From NCBI GenBank assembly GCA_963815215.1, contig CAWFFU010000011.1:352001-416000 (forward strand): a DNA stretch of 64,000 nt. The letters are read 5' to 3'. Within the stretch, counting starts at the first letter, position 1, and the number at the start of each line of letters is the position of its first letter. The stretch is from an uncultured Trueperaceae bacterium. Its GTDB lineage: Bacteria > Deinococcota > Deinococci > Deinococcales > Trueperaceae. The notes under the pieces are model-generated. The model searched no databases. It saw only the letters and a list, made by a program, of their open reading frames with translations, and was not told the DNA's origin. Position numbers and translations under genes: made by a program. Positions 1-10,343 of this stretch are shown in pieces.

Positions 1-1101
1 GAGCTCGAAGCGGAGCATCACGTGCAGGTTGTACGTGACCTCGTCGGCCTCGACCCGGATGAAGCTGGGCTCGACGCGGTTGATGGCGGCGTAGAAGTCG
101 TCCAACGGCACGGCGCGGAGCTGGCCTGGGAAGGTGCGCTGAAGCCGCGGGAAGGCACCCTCCCAGAAGGCGCGGCTGCGGCCCACCAGGTTCTCCCACA
201 GGCGCGACTGCGACTCGTGCACGCCGAGACCGACGGTGCCCTCCAAGGGCGTGCGGTAGTAGTCGCTCGAGATCCCCTGCTCGTACAGCGCATGGCCGGC
301 CTCGTGCATGGTGCCGAACAGGGCGGCGTTGAGGTAGTGCCCCTGGTAGCGGGTGGTGATCCGGACGTCGTGCATGCCGAGCGCCATCGCGAACGGATGC
401 AGAGTGCGGTCCAACCGGCCGTGCTCGAGGTCGTAACCGAAGGCGGTGACGGTGTCGAGCGCGAAGCGCTCCTGGTCCGCCTCGTCGTACGCCTGCCTGA
501 GCACGCCGTCGTCGATGGCGTGCCCGGACTCGCTGATGGCGCGGACGAGCTCGACCGTCTCCCGGCGGAGCGGATCGAACACCGCACGCAGGCGCGCAGC
601 CGTGGAACCCGGCTCGTGCAGGTCGTGCAGCGCGTCGTAGGGGTGGTCGTCGTAGCCCAGCGCCTCGGCCTCCTGGCGCTTGAGCTCCACCATGCGCTCG
701 AGCTCCGGTGCGAAGGTGGCGAAGTCCTGCTCCTGTCGGGCACGCGCCCACACCGCCCTTGCGCGGGCCGCGTGCTTGCCTAGCGCTTCGACCAGCTCGA
801 CCGGCAGCTTGGTCGCGCGGTCGACGTCACGACGCGCCTGCCGCACCGTGGCGGCCTCGACCGAGTCGTCCGGCAGCCCTGCGGCTTCCAGCGCCTCGAC
901 GAGCTCACCCAGCGCGGGATCGGTCAGGCGTTCGTGCGCGAGGGCCTCGAGCGTCGCCATCTGCTGACCACGCGCCTCCGCGGCCCCCGGCGGCATGTAG
1001 GTGTTCTCGTCCCAGGAGAGCACGGCGTGGGCCTGGGACAGGTCGCTGATGACGGCTGTCCGGTCGAGCAGACCCCGGAGCAGCTGTTCGTTGTCGGTCA
1101 T
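1..1101 (-). CDS. M32 family carboxypeptidase (carboxypeptidase Taq-like), runs off the window edge
   Basis: Absent from the ORF track (no stop in window). Manual translation starts MTDNEQLLRGLLDRTAVISDLSQAHAVLSWDENTYMP and contains HEAGHALYEQG, HESQSRLWENLVGRS and IRVEADEVTYNLHVMLRFEL, all M32 motifs. GGAG precedes the ATG at 1101. Confidence 0.95.
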   Translation of the reverse strand, partial: MTDNEQLLRGLLDRTAVISDLSQAHAVLSWDENTYMPPGAAEARGQQMATLEALAHERLTDPALGELVEALEAAGLPDDSVEAATVRQARRDVDRATKLPVELVEALGKHAARARAVWARARQEQDFATFAPELERMVELKRQEAEALGYDDHPYDALHDLHEPGSTAARLRAVFDPLRRETVELVRAISESGHAIDDGVLRQAYDEADQERFALDTVTAFGYDLEHGRLDRTLHPFAMALGMHDVRITTRYQGHYLNAALFGTMHEAGHALYEQGISSDYYRTPLEGTVGLGVHESQSRLWENLVGRSRAFWEGAFPRLQRTFPGQLRAVPLDDFYAAINRVEPSFIRVEADEVTYNLHVMLRFEL

Positions 1102-1243
1102 GCCATCTCCCTTCGCCGCGCCAGTCTACCTTCACGCATCGCCCGCGCCATGCCCGCGAACGCGCCGGCGGCGCACCACACGGCCGCCGCCGCGGGAGCG
1201 ACCGGCACCCGCCGCGCAGCCGGGCCCGTGCTATCGTGGAGGC

Positions 1244-2974
1244 ATGGATATCGCCGTCTCCGACGCCGCTCGTGACATCGTAGGCCGCGAGCGGACGTTG
1301 CTCGCCGACCTCCAGGCGTTGCTGGCTCGGCTCGAGGCGGAGAACGAGCATCTCGACGACCTGCGCAACGCCATGCGCGACCTCGACGGCATCTTCATGC
1401 TGGTGGTGTGCGGCGAGTTCAACGCCGGCAAGTCGTCACTGCTGAACGCGCTGGTCGGCGAGCGTGTCATGCCGGAAGGGGTCACCCCCACCACCGACCG
1501 GATCACCGTGGTGACCTACGCGGAGAGCCCGAGCGAGAGCGAGGAGGCGCCGGCGCTGGTGCGCCGGAGCTACCCCGCGCCGCTGCTGCGCGACCTGGCG
1601 CTGGTCGACACGCCGGGCACCAACGCGATCATCCAGCGGCACCAGGAGCTCACCGAGCGCTTCGTGCCGCGCGCCGACCTGGTGCTGTTCGTCACCAGCG
1701 CCGACCGGCCCTTCACCGAGAGCGAGCGCACCTTCCTCGAGCTGATCGCCTCCTGGGGCAAGAAGGTGCTGATGGTGGTGAACAAGCTCGACATTTTGGA
1801 CAGCGACGTCGAACGCGAGAAGGTGGTGGCCTACGTGCTCCACCACGCCAGCGAGACGTTGGGAACGACACCGGACGTGTTCGGAGTGTCGGCCAAGGCG
1901 GCGTTCAAGGCGCGCATGACCAACGATCTGGCGGGCGTGCAGGCGAGCGGACTGGGCGCGCTGGAACGGGCCATCTCCTCGCGCCTGGGCGAGGACCGGC
2001 TCAAGCTCAAACTGCTCTCGCCGCTGGGGGTGGCGCGGCGCACCGCCGAGCACTACCGCTCGGTGCTCGACAACCGGCTCGAGCTGCTGTCGACCGACCG
2101 CCGCACCTTGGAGGAGATCGAGCGCCAGCGCGACCAGTTCGAGCGGGACATGCGGCGCGAGTACGAAGGCTACCTGTCACGCATCGAGAACGTGCTGCTG
2201 GAGGTCGAGCGGCGCGGCAACGACTTCTTCGACGACACCGTGCAGCTACGCAAGGTGTTCATGCTCATGAACACGGATCGGGTGCGCGAGGCCTTCCAGC
2301 ACCGCGTGCTCAAGAACGTCGACAGCGACATCGATCGCGCCGTCGGCGACATGGTGGACTGGTTCATCCAGCGCAACCTGCAGCTGTGGGAGGACGTCAT
2401 GACCTTCGTCAACGAGCGCCGCGCCGCAGAGCGCGAGCGGGTCATCGGCGAGGTCGGAGGACGCTTCCAGTACGACCGGCAGGTGCTGGTCCGGTCCCTG
2501 CACGAGCGCTCCGAGACGGTGCTCGAGGGCTACGACCAGAAGGCCGAGGCGGCCCGCCTGGCGGACTCGCTGCAGAGCTCGGTGGTGCAGTCGGGCCTGC
2601 TCGAGGTGGGCGGCCTGGGGCTGGGGGCGGCCGTGCTCGCCATCCTGACGACCACCGCCATCGACGTCACCGGCATCGCGCTGGGGCTGGCGTTGATGGG
2701 TGTGGGCCTGCTGGTCATGCCGCGACAGCGGCGCAAGGCCAAGCGCGAGCTGGCCCGCAAGATGGAGGAGCTCCGCGCCGGCCTGCGCGAGAGCCTGGCC
2801 ACCCAGGTCGACACCGAGCTGGCGCGCTCACAGGAGAAGCTCTCGGGCGCCATCAACCCCTACACCCGCTTCGTTCGCGCCGAGCTCGACCGGCTGGGCG
2901 AGCTGCATGAGGAGCTCGACGGCTTCGACGCGCGCATGACGGAGGTCAAGCGCGAGGTCGAGGCGCTGGGGTAG
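1244..2974 (+). CDS. Bacterial dynamin-like / mitofusin-like GTPase
   Basis: G1 GEFNAGKSS, G2 PTT, G3 DTPG, G4 NKLD, long helical stalk and a C-terminal hydrophobic hairpin. GGAGG before the ATG at 1244. Confidence 0.9.
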   Translation: MDIAVSDAARDIVGRERTLLADLQALLARLEAENEHLDDLRNAMRDLDGIFMLVVCGEFNAGKSSLLNALVGERVMPEGVTPTTDRITVVTYAESPSESEEAPALVRRSYPAPLLRDLALVDTPGTNAIIQRHQELTERFVPRADLVLFVTSADRPFTESERTFLELIASWGKKVLMVVNKLDILDSDVEREKVVAYVLHHASETLGTTPDVFGVSAKAAFKARMTNDLAGVQASGLGALERAISSRLGEDRLKLKLLSPLGVARRTAEHYRSVLDNRLELLSTDRRTLEEIERQRDQFERDMRREYEGYLSRIENVLLEVERRGNDFFDDTVQLRKVFMLMNTDRVREAFQHRVLKNVDSDIDRAVGDMVDWFIQRNLQLWEDVMTFVNERRAAERERVIGEVGGRFQYDRQVLVRSLHERSETVLEGYDQKAEAARLADSLQSSVVQSGLLEVGGLGLGAAVLAILTTTAIDVTGIALGLALMGVGLLVMPRQRRKAKRELARKMEELRAGLRESLATQVDTELARSQEKLSGAINPYTRFVRAELDRLGELHEELDGFDARMTEVKREVEALG

Positions 2975-3009
2975 CACGGCAGGCTTCCGTGGAGCCGGGC
3001 ACAGAGTGC

Positions 3010-3015
3010 TAGACT
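3010..3015 (+). promoter_or_regulatory. Extended -10 (TGcTAGACT) for a leaderless pheA transcript
   Basis: TAGACT lies 7 nt before the ATG at 3023; no SD. Confidence 0.7.
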
Positions 3016-3022
3016 CTGCGCC

Positions 3023-3871
3023 ATGTCCGAGACCCGTCCTCCACGCATCGCCTATCAGGGTGTGGCCGGGGCGTTCAGCGAGGAGGCCGCCCTCGGGTTC
3101 GCGCCCGACGCACAGGCGGTGGGCTTCGCCACCTTCGAGGAAGCGTTCGCGGCCGCCGTCAGCGGCGATTGCCAGTTCGCCTGCCTGCCGGTCGAGAACA
3201 GCCTCGCCGGCTCTATCAACCAGACCTACGACCTCCTCACCGACTCCGTGCTGCACGTGGTAGGCGAGCAGATCGTGCGCGTGCACCACAACCTGATGGT
3301 GAAGCCCGGCGTGAAGCTCGAGGACGTCCAGCGCGTCTACAGCCACACGCAGGCGCTGCAGCAGTGCCAGGGCTTCATCCGCAAGCACGGCTTCGAGGCG
3401 GTCACCGACTTCGACACCGCCGGCGCCGCCAAGTTGCTGGCCGAGAACGGTGGTCACGGCAAGGCAGCCATCGCCAGCAAGCGCGCCGCCGAGGCCTACG
3501 GGCTCGAGGTGCTGGCCGAGGACATCGAGGACCTGGACTTCAACTTCACGCGCTTCTTCGTGCTCGGCACCGACGAGCGCCCGAAGGATAGCGATACGAG
3601 CAAGACCAGCCTGGTTCTGGCCACCCGCCACAAGCCGGGCTCGCTGGTCGACTGCCTGCAGGAGTTCCCCCGCAACGGCATCAACATGACCAAGCTCGAG
3701 TCGCGCCCGCGCCGCGACAAACCCTGGAGCTACCTGTTCTACGTCGACATCGAGGGGCACATCGAGGACGAGAACGTGGCCACCGCCATCACCGCGCTGA
3801 TGCGCAAGGCGGCGTTCGTGAAGTTCCTGGGGAGCTATCCGGCGGCGCCGAGCGTGGTGGAGATCGAGTAG
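3023..3871 (+). CDS. pheA: Prephenate dehydratase
   Basis: IAYQGVAGAFSEEA, PVENSLAG, TRF motif and C-terminal ACT domain with KLESRP. Confidence 0.96.
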   Translation: MSETRPPRIAYQGVAGAFSEEAALGFAPDAQAVGFATFEEAFAAAVSGDCQFACLPVENSLAGSINQTYDLLTDSVLHVVGEQIVRVHHNLMVKPGVKLEDVQRVYSHTQALQQCQGFIRKHGFEAVTDFDTAGAAKLLAENGGHGKAAIASKRAAEAYGLEVLAEDIEDLDFNFTRFFVLGTDERPKDSDTSKTSLVLATRHKPGSLVDCLQEFPRNGINMTKLESRPRRDKPWSYLFYVDIEGHIEDENVATAITALMRKAAFVKFLGSYPAAPSVVEIE

Positions 3872-3953
3872 CTCCGGTGCGTCGGTCGCAGCCGTTGCTG
3901 ACGCGACATCTTCGACGAACGGACGACGTGACCGCGCGGTAGGATGGCGCCCG

Positions 3954-6940
3954 GTGAAGCGTTTCCTCTCCGTTGCGTAGCATTGCCCTTGCCCTCGTTG
4001 CCATGGCCGTGCTGGGCGTTCTGACGTTGGCGTCGGCTCAGACCTTGACCGTCGAGGCGCCGCCGGGGAGGCTGGCGCAACCGGGGGACTACGTGACGCT
4101 GGTGTTCCTGGTCCGGAGCGCGTCGGACATGACGGCTGGCCTGGACGCAAGGTCCTCGCACGGTTGGCAGCTCCTGGGACCGACCTCGACCGTGACGCTC
4201 TCCGCAGGCTCGACCCAACCTGTGGCCGTCACGGTCGGCCGTCCCTCCGACCGCCGTCGGCGGGCGACGCCCGACGAGGTGACGCTGACGGCGGTCGGCG
4301 GCGGCCAGCAGGCGTCGGCATCGTTCGGAGATCGAGGTCGCGCAACACCTGGATCTTCAGCTCCAAGCCCCCGCTCAGGTCGTCGTCGGAGGATCCCTGA
4401 ACGTCACGGTCACGAACGCCGGGAATGTGACGACGGGGGCGACCGTGAGCGCCAGCGTCGACGGCCAGCCGGTCGGCTCAAAGGACGTCACGGTGCAGCC
4501 CGGCAAGCAGGTGACGCTCAGCTTCCCCGTGAGCCAGGAGGGGCGGTATCAGGTCCGGCTGCTGCGCAACGACAAGGTCGTGGCCGTGCGGTTCGTCGAC
4601 ACCGTGGTGAACGGTCTTCCAAAGCCCGCCACGTTCACCCTCTCGGGGACCGCGTCCGCCAACCTCGACACCGACGGGATGTGGGGGGCCTCCGTCGACG
4701 TCAAGGGCGCGCTGTCCGACGAAGCGAGTCTCGACGCCAGCGTCCGAGCCGACGCCCCACTGCGGAGTTACGTCGCGCTCCAGTCCACGTCGGTCAGAGC
4801 ACGCCTCGGCGATATGGCGAACGATCCTCTCGGACTGCCGCCGTTGCAGGGCTTCGGCATGTCGGCGATGGTCGCGCCCGGTAGCTACGCTCTCGAGGGC
4901 AGCGCAGCCTGGCTGGAGGGACCTCGGTACGCGGGGCGGTTCGAGCTCGGCTACCGCCGCGCCGCGCAGGACCTCAGCCTCGTGGGCGGTCTGGGGATGA
5001 CGGCAGGCAAGGTCGCGGCTGCCGCCCGGATGAGCGGTACGTTCGATCACGGAAGTGCTGTCGTGCGCGGAAGCTACGACGGGCAGAGCGTCACCGCGAG
5101 CTACCAGATGCAGGCCAGGGACTCCACCGGCAACTATTCCGTCGGCGTGATCCTCAGCGACGCCCTCACCGACTACGGGCGGCTCGACCTCAGCGCGAAT
5201 TACGTCGCGGGCCACACGGCCGCCTTCGCTGTCGGCACCGTACCCCTCGGTGTACAGGCGGCGGGGATGGCACAGGTCGGTGGGGAGATGCGCCTCGCAT
5301 CGGTCGATTCCGGAAGCCTCAGCGCGGCAGCGGCCCTAGGCGACGTCGAGTCGTACGCCCGGGTCTCCTTCGACCCGAGCCCGCGACAGAGCGTTCGCCC
5401 TTCTGCTTCCGCCGGCGTCGTCTATCAACCCCAGGATCTCGGCTGGGGTGTCGCCTTCGACGCCCGCCTCGGGTTGGGAAGCACATCCGGCGCCCACGCC
5501 GGCTGGTCGTCGTCGGCCGAGCTTCGGGGACGCTACTTCCCCGGATCCGACGCCATCCGCGGACGGCTGAGCCTCCGCACCCTCGGGAACCTCGCCCCGG
5601 CGACCGTGTTCGGTTCTGCAGGGTGGGACCTCGGAACGGGGACCGTGAGCGTGGGCACCGGAACCATCTTGACTACCGGACCGTGGACCTTCCAACTGAA
5701 TGCCGGGGGACAGTATGCGCCTGCGTCCACGTATGCGTGGAGCGCTCAGCTCGGGCTCCACGCACGTTGGGCGTTCGACCTGCCCGTGCCCGAAGCGGTC
5801 GTCCAGGCGGCCGGGGGACGACGGCTCGGTACCGTGGTCGTCCAGGTGTCGGCCGATGGGGAGCCTGTGGCGGGAGTCCCCATCGCCGTCGGTCGCTACC
5901 GCATCCAGTCCGATGCAAGCGGTAGCGTCACGCTGCGTCTGCCGCCCGGGCGCCGGACCGTCTCGGTCGCCCTCCAAACGCTCGCCGCGAACATGCAGCT
6001 CGTAGGCCCGGGCTCGCGGACCGTGGAGATCCAGAACGGAACGACGATCCACGTCGAGTTCCGGCTTCGGCGAACGGCCGCGGTCGAGGGACGCGTGTTG
6101 AGCGACGCCAACGGTGACGGGGCCGCGGACACACCCGAGCGCGCCGTCGCCGCGACGATCCTCGTGCAGGACGCGGGTGGCCAGAGCCAGGTCGTCCACA
6201 CGCGCCCGGATGGCACGTTCGTGGTTCGCGGGCTTCCGAAGGGGCAGACACGCGTCGAGGTCGTCGAGACACCACCCGGTTCCGCAGTCGTGGGCAAGAC
6301 GGAACAACGACTGACACTCTCGGCAGGTGGCACGAGCACCGTCCAGTTCCTCGTGCAGCCGGCAGCGGCGAGAGCGACTACCTTCGGCGGCGGCGGCCTG
6401 ACCGTCCGCGACATCCGGCCGGAGGTCGATGCCGCCCCTCCCGGCAGCGCTCCGCTCGTCACCATCACCACGACGGGTCGACCGGACCGGGTCGATATCG
6501 ACGTCGGCGGCCACACCCTCGAGGCGCAACGCGGACCCGACGGAGCGTGGACCGCGCGCATCCAGGTGCCCCCTGGTGCCGCCGGCGTCGTCACGTTCCG
6601 CGTGCGCGCCGTGCGTGGTGGATCCACCGTGTCGCGCAGCAGCCAGCTCGTCGTGAGCGGCGATGTCCCCCTGGTTTCGATCGAGCCCATACCCCCCCTG
6701 AGGGCAGGCGCCACCGCGACGCTGACCGTTCACGTCCTCTTCGCCGCGACCTCCGTCACGTCCCGACTCGGCGGCGAAGCGACCGTGCCCATGACCGAGA
6801 CGTCGCCCGGACGGTGGACCGCCCAGATCAGGGCCCCGGAAACGAGCGATCAGGCCGAGGTACCGTTGCGCATCACGGCCCTCCGCGGTGGCGGCGAGAG
6901 CACCGTGCTATCGAAGACGCTGCGCGTGCTGCCGCGCTGA
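3954..6940 (+). CDS. Large exported usher-like protein (signal peptide, Ig-like domains, predicted beta-barrel, CarboxypepD_reg/SdrD-B-like domains); frameshifts in the first ~450 bp
   Basis: TAGGAT at 3940-3945 then GTG at 3954. ORFs 3973.. and 4427..6940 join across indels (…QHLDLQLQAPAQVVVGGSLNVTVTNAGNVTTG…). Central amphipathic Gly/aromatic beta-strands; GRVLSDANGDG…DGTFVVRGLPKG is SdrD-B-like. Confidence 0.6.
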
Positions 6941-7091
6941 ACGAGCCCTCGGAGGCAGCTGGCGCCCAGGGTCCGACCCCATCGCGTGCGGACGCGCACG
7001 GATGCGGCGCACGCTGTTCCCGCATGTGCCGTTCCCGCCCCACCGCTACGTGGAAGCGGGCGTGCTGCGCCGGGGGATGCGCGCCGCGATC

Positions 7092-7968
7092 CTAGGGTGA
7101 CGTAACCGAGTAGGTGACGACAGCGTTGTAGCTCCCTGCCGTCTCGCCGCCGGTGATGCCGAGCGCGAAGTCGTCGGGGACGATGACGGTCGCGAAGCTG
7201 CCGCCCGTGCCGGGCCCCGTCGCAACGATGCTGGCACCGGCGCCGAGCGCAACGCCCCTCACGCGCACGGCTCCGGCCGTGCCTGCAGACCCGGACCCGC
7301 TCCAGGTCAGGGTTGCCGTCATCGTGTAGGGCGAGGCAGACAGGACATCGACCGACGTGAGCGTCGTGCCCTGGGCCGTCGGGGGCAGGGTGCCGCCGAT
7401 CGCGGAGTAGTACGCCAGCGGGGTCGTTGGCGTAGTCGAAGGCCACCGTGTCGCCGCCCGAGAGCGCGCGCCACGACGCGGCGGCATGATGACCCGGATC
7501 GTGTTGGTGACGGAGTTGGCGCCGATCAGCGTGTACGTCACGGTCACGGTGTAGGTACCCGGCGCCACGGCCACCGGTCAGGTGCAGCAAGTAGTGACAT
7601 CCACCCCGCCGTCCTGAAGCGCCAACCCCAGTTGGCGTCGAACACCGTCTGTTGCGAGGTTGAGAGCATGACCTCGGGGACCGCCCCGTGCGTCGTCGAC
7701 GCTGTAGTCGGCGATGAGCTCGAACGGCACCGGGATGTTGCTCGCCACCACGACGCGCACGTTCCCCCAGGCCTGGATGGTGAAGTTGATGGAATCCGAG
7801 CTCGGGTCCGGCGCGATCCGGCCCGGATCGTTGCCGGTCGACGCGCTCGTACACCTGCTGCGCCGTCGGGCTGGAAAATGACCGTGCCGATGTCTCTGCG
7901 CAAGCGTGAGGCCGGCGAGTGCCGAGCGGCCACAGTTCGCGAGTACGACCTCGGACCGACGTCAGCAC
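7092..7968 (-). CDS. Two-domain pilin-like / tip adhesin subunit, frameshifted
   Basis: Fragments in several frames. Two pilin-type terminal strands: APGTYTVTVTYTL and C-terminal AGSYNAVVTYSVTSP. Confidence 0.55.
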
Positions 7969-7975
7969 CGATGCC

Positions 7976-8770
7976 TCAGTTCCTCAACTGGAAGGGAAGC
8001 TGCCCTGCGAGCGAGCCTCCTCGAGAGTCCTCGATCAGTGCGAGGGCAACGTAGTAGCCGGGGGCAAGATCCTTCGGCAAGGCCAGGTCGATCTCGCCTC
8101 GCTCTCTCGCATGACGGGCTTGTCCTGAACGGGGAGCGTCGCCACTGTCTTGCCCGTGGCGTCGCGGAACTCGACCTGGCCCGCTGGCGCGCATCAAGGT
8201 GTTGCCTTGGTTGTTAACGACCACCTTCAGAGTTTTCCCGTCGAGATACATGTCGCTCAGGGTCGACCCGGTGGTGGCCGTCCCCGCGATCGTCACGTAG
8301 ACGATCAGTCCGAGCCGCTGGCGCGTGACGAACTGCGCGCCCGGCCCGCTGCTCGCCTGGGCTCGGTCTGCGAAGAAAACCACGCTCTGGTAGGTGCCAG
8401 CCAGGCTGCGGTCGTTGGGCACGTGCGACGGTGATGCGGACCGTGGTCTGTGCTGCCGGGGGCAACGCAGACGTGCTCACGCTGGGCGTCGATCCAGCTC
8501 GTCGCGCTATGGGGCGCCGATCCCGCGGGCAGGAACCTCAGCTTCCCGTCGCTCGCCTGCACCCAGTCCCCGATGCTCACGGTCAGCGGGACGCTGGTTC
8601 GCGGAGGTGCTGAAGACCGTGACCTCGGCACTCGTCGTGCCGCCCGGAGGAACGGTGAGCGGAGATGCGTGCAGGGGACAGCCCGATGTCCGCCGCGAGT
8701 GCGGCGGACATCGTGGTCAGGAGGGCGAGGAGTGGGCGACGCTGGCGAGGAGAGCGCGGGACGTTCGCAT
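7976..8770 (-). CDS. PapD-like fimbrial assembly chaperone, frameshifted
   Basis: Reconstructed across frames: signal peptide, AADIGLSPAR…VPPGGTT…VSIGDW…SATSWI…GTYQSVVFF…RLGLIVYVT…VVVNNQGNTLMRASG…LAPGYY. Confidence 0.7.
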
Positions 8771-8774
8771 CGGT

Positions 8775-9325
8775 CTACTGCGCCGTCAGGGTGTAGATGA
8801 TGTCGTAGGTGTAGGTCGCCCGGCGCTGAGCGTGCCGTCGAGCGTCAGAGGTCAGTCACTGCTCGTGAAGACGAGCGCAGTCTTGCCCCGCGTCGACGTG
8901 CAGCGCGTAGTAGCCGTCGAAGGCGTCGCGCCACCGATCGAGATGGACGCGCTCAGGACGCTGGGATCGGAGCGCCGTCGTGGAGTTGCCGCTTTGCCGT
9001 CGCGCCACGGTGAAGTCGGCGCCGCCGGTCGTTGGTGAAGGCGCTGAACTCCTGGAAGCCATTCCCCAGCCGGACTGATCGTCGAGGGGCTCGCGCTGAC
9101 GGCGTTGTAGAGTCGGAGTCCGCCGGGCTCGAAGGTGAGTCGTCGTCGCCGCTCGTCGCCGATGATGTGCAGCGCAACGACGGTTGGCAGGGTGATGATC
9201 AGCTGGTGTTGCTGTCGGCTTGGGCCGTGCCGCCAGGCCGCCGTCGGACGTCTGCGCCGAAGGCTGCGCCGCCGAGGAGCGGCGGCGACGGTGAGGATGA
9301 GTCGGTGAAACAGTGCCTTTTTCAT
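8775..9325 (-). CDS. Putative major pilin (Csu/CS1-like), frameshifted
   Basis: GGAGGG SD, MKKALF signal peptide (reconstructed AFA|QTSD), ITLPTVVALHI N-terminal strand, and C-terminal LTLDG…TYTYDIIYTLTAQ* with stop at 8775-8777. Confidence 0.6.
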
Positions 9326-9346
9326 GTCTTTCCCTCCGGAATGAAA

Positions 9347-9421
9347 CTTCGGCCGGTCGCGCTACTAGCTCCACCTGTCCCAAGCGCCCGAATACAGGAT
9401 CAGGTTTCATCGCTTCCGAAG
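9347..9421 (-). ncRNA. c-di-GMP-II riboswitch
   Basis: Minus strand reads CTTCGGAAGCGATGAAACCTGATCCTGTATTCGGGCGCTTGGGACAGGTGGAGCTAGTAGCGCGACCGGCCGAAG, matching the class II pattern GGAA..TGAA…GGGCACTTG…GAGYTAGTAGTGCAACCGRCC. Closing stem CTTCGG/CCGAAG and compensatory pseudoknot GCGCT/AGCGC; ends 21 nt upstream of the pilin ATG. Confidence 0.88.
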
Positions 9422-9425
9422 GGAT

Positions 9426-9449
9426 CCCCACCAGCTCGATTTGGTGGGG
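9426..9449. other. Hairpin immediately 5' of the riboswitch
   Basis: CCCCACCA-gctcgatt-TGGTGGGG perfect 8-bp inverted repeat. Confidence 0.5.
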
Positions 9450-9830
9450 GGTTCGTAAGACTGACTGGAGCCTAGCCAGGGCGGACTTACAGAACTCTTA
9501 GTCGGAGCGCTGTTTGTGGAGTCTTTAACGCGTCCTGGACGGGTTTGTTGGAAATTCCACAGAATCCGGCTCGCCCCGGCCTCTTCGGATGAGCACCAGA
9601 GATGCTGTCCTGCACGAAGCTCCGCCTTCGTCGGCGCCACCGCGACGAGAACAGGTCGTCCGTCGGACGCGCCGGTCCCCGAAAGCGCGGCGCCGCACAG
9701 CCTAAGCACAACCCGAGCGCACCCCGGGCCTAGCGCCGGCATAGCGCCGCCGATCCCGCGCCCACCGTGCGCCCACCCCTTTGGCCACGCCTTCGCCACC
9801 CCTCCCCCACCCCGCGCCTACACTGAGAGC

Positions 9831-10135
9831 ATGGATGATGGGCCCGAAGCCACACCCCGCGGCGACACCCCGACGACCACCCCGACGACCGCCCCGCCAT
9901 CCGCCTGGACAACGTGCTCAAGCTCGCCGGCATCGCCGAGACCGGCGGTCAGGCGAAGCGCATGATCCAGGCCGGCGAGGTGCTGGTGAACGGCACCGTC
10001 GAGACGCGCCGCAAGCACATGCTGCACGAAGGGGACGAGGTCGGGGTCGGGGACGAGAGCTTCGTGGTCGAGCTGACAGACGAGGACGATCTCGCCGACG
10101 ATCTGGACGAAGAACCGGGCGAGCACCGGGCCTAG
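9831..10135 (+). CDS. RNA-binding S4 domain protein (YaaA/YbcJ-like); apparent 1-nt indel near 9866
   Basis: IRLDNVLKLAGIAETGGQAKRMIQAGEVLVNGTVETRRKH. TACACT -10 lies 6 nt before ATG 9831, which is out of frame with the S4 domain. Confidence 0.85.
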
Positions 10136-10166
10136 GACACACGGCCTAGGACACACGGCCTAGGAC
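10128..10166. repeat. 14-bp tandem repeat GGCCTAGGACACAC, ~2.7 copies
   Basis: ggcctaggacacac ggcctaggacacac ggcctaggac overlapping the S4 gene stop codon. Confidence 0.9.
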
Positions 10167-10343
10167 GCTCGCGGCCGGCCTCCCGCCGGGACCCGATGCT
10201 GGGACCCTCCCCCGGCACCACCCGATGGGACCACCCGCTGACGCAACCCCCCTGAACCCAGCCCCCTGGATCGAGTCCACCATTCCAGCCCGCTGAGATG
10301 GCCCGCTGCGACCGCCGCCACCGCCCGACACCGACGCGCTCGA

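Noticed and set aside
18..1351. ORF-track ORFs 18..743, 22..783 and neighbours
   Set aside because: Shadow frames of the M32 carboxypeptidase, which the track missed because it has no stop in the window.
10128..10166. GGCCTAGGACACAC repeats as a CRISPR array
   Set aside because: 14-bp head-to-tail units with no spacers and no cas genes.
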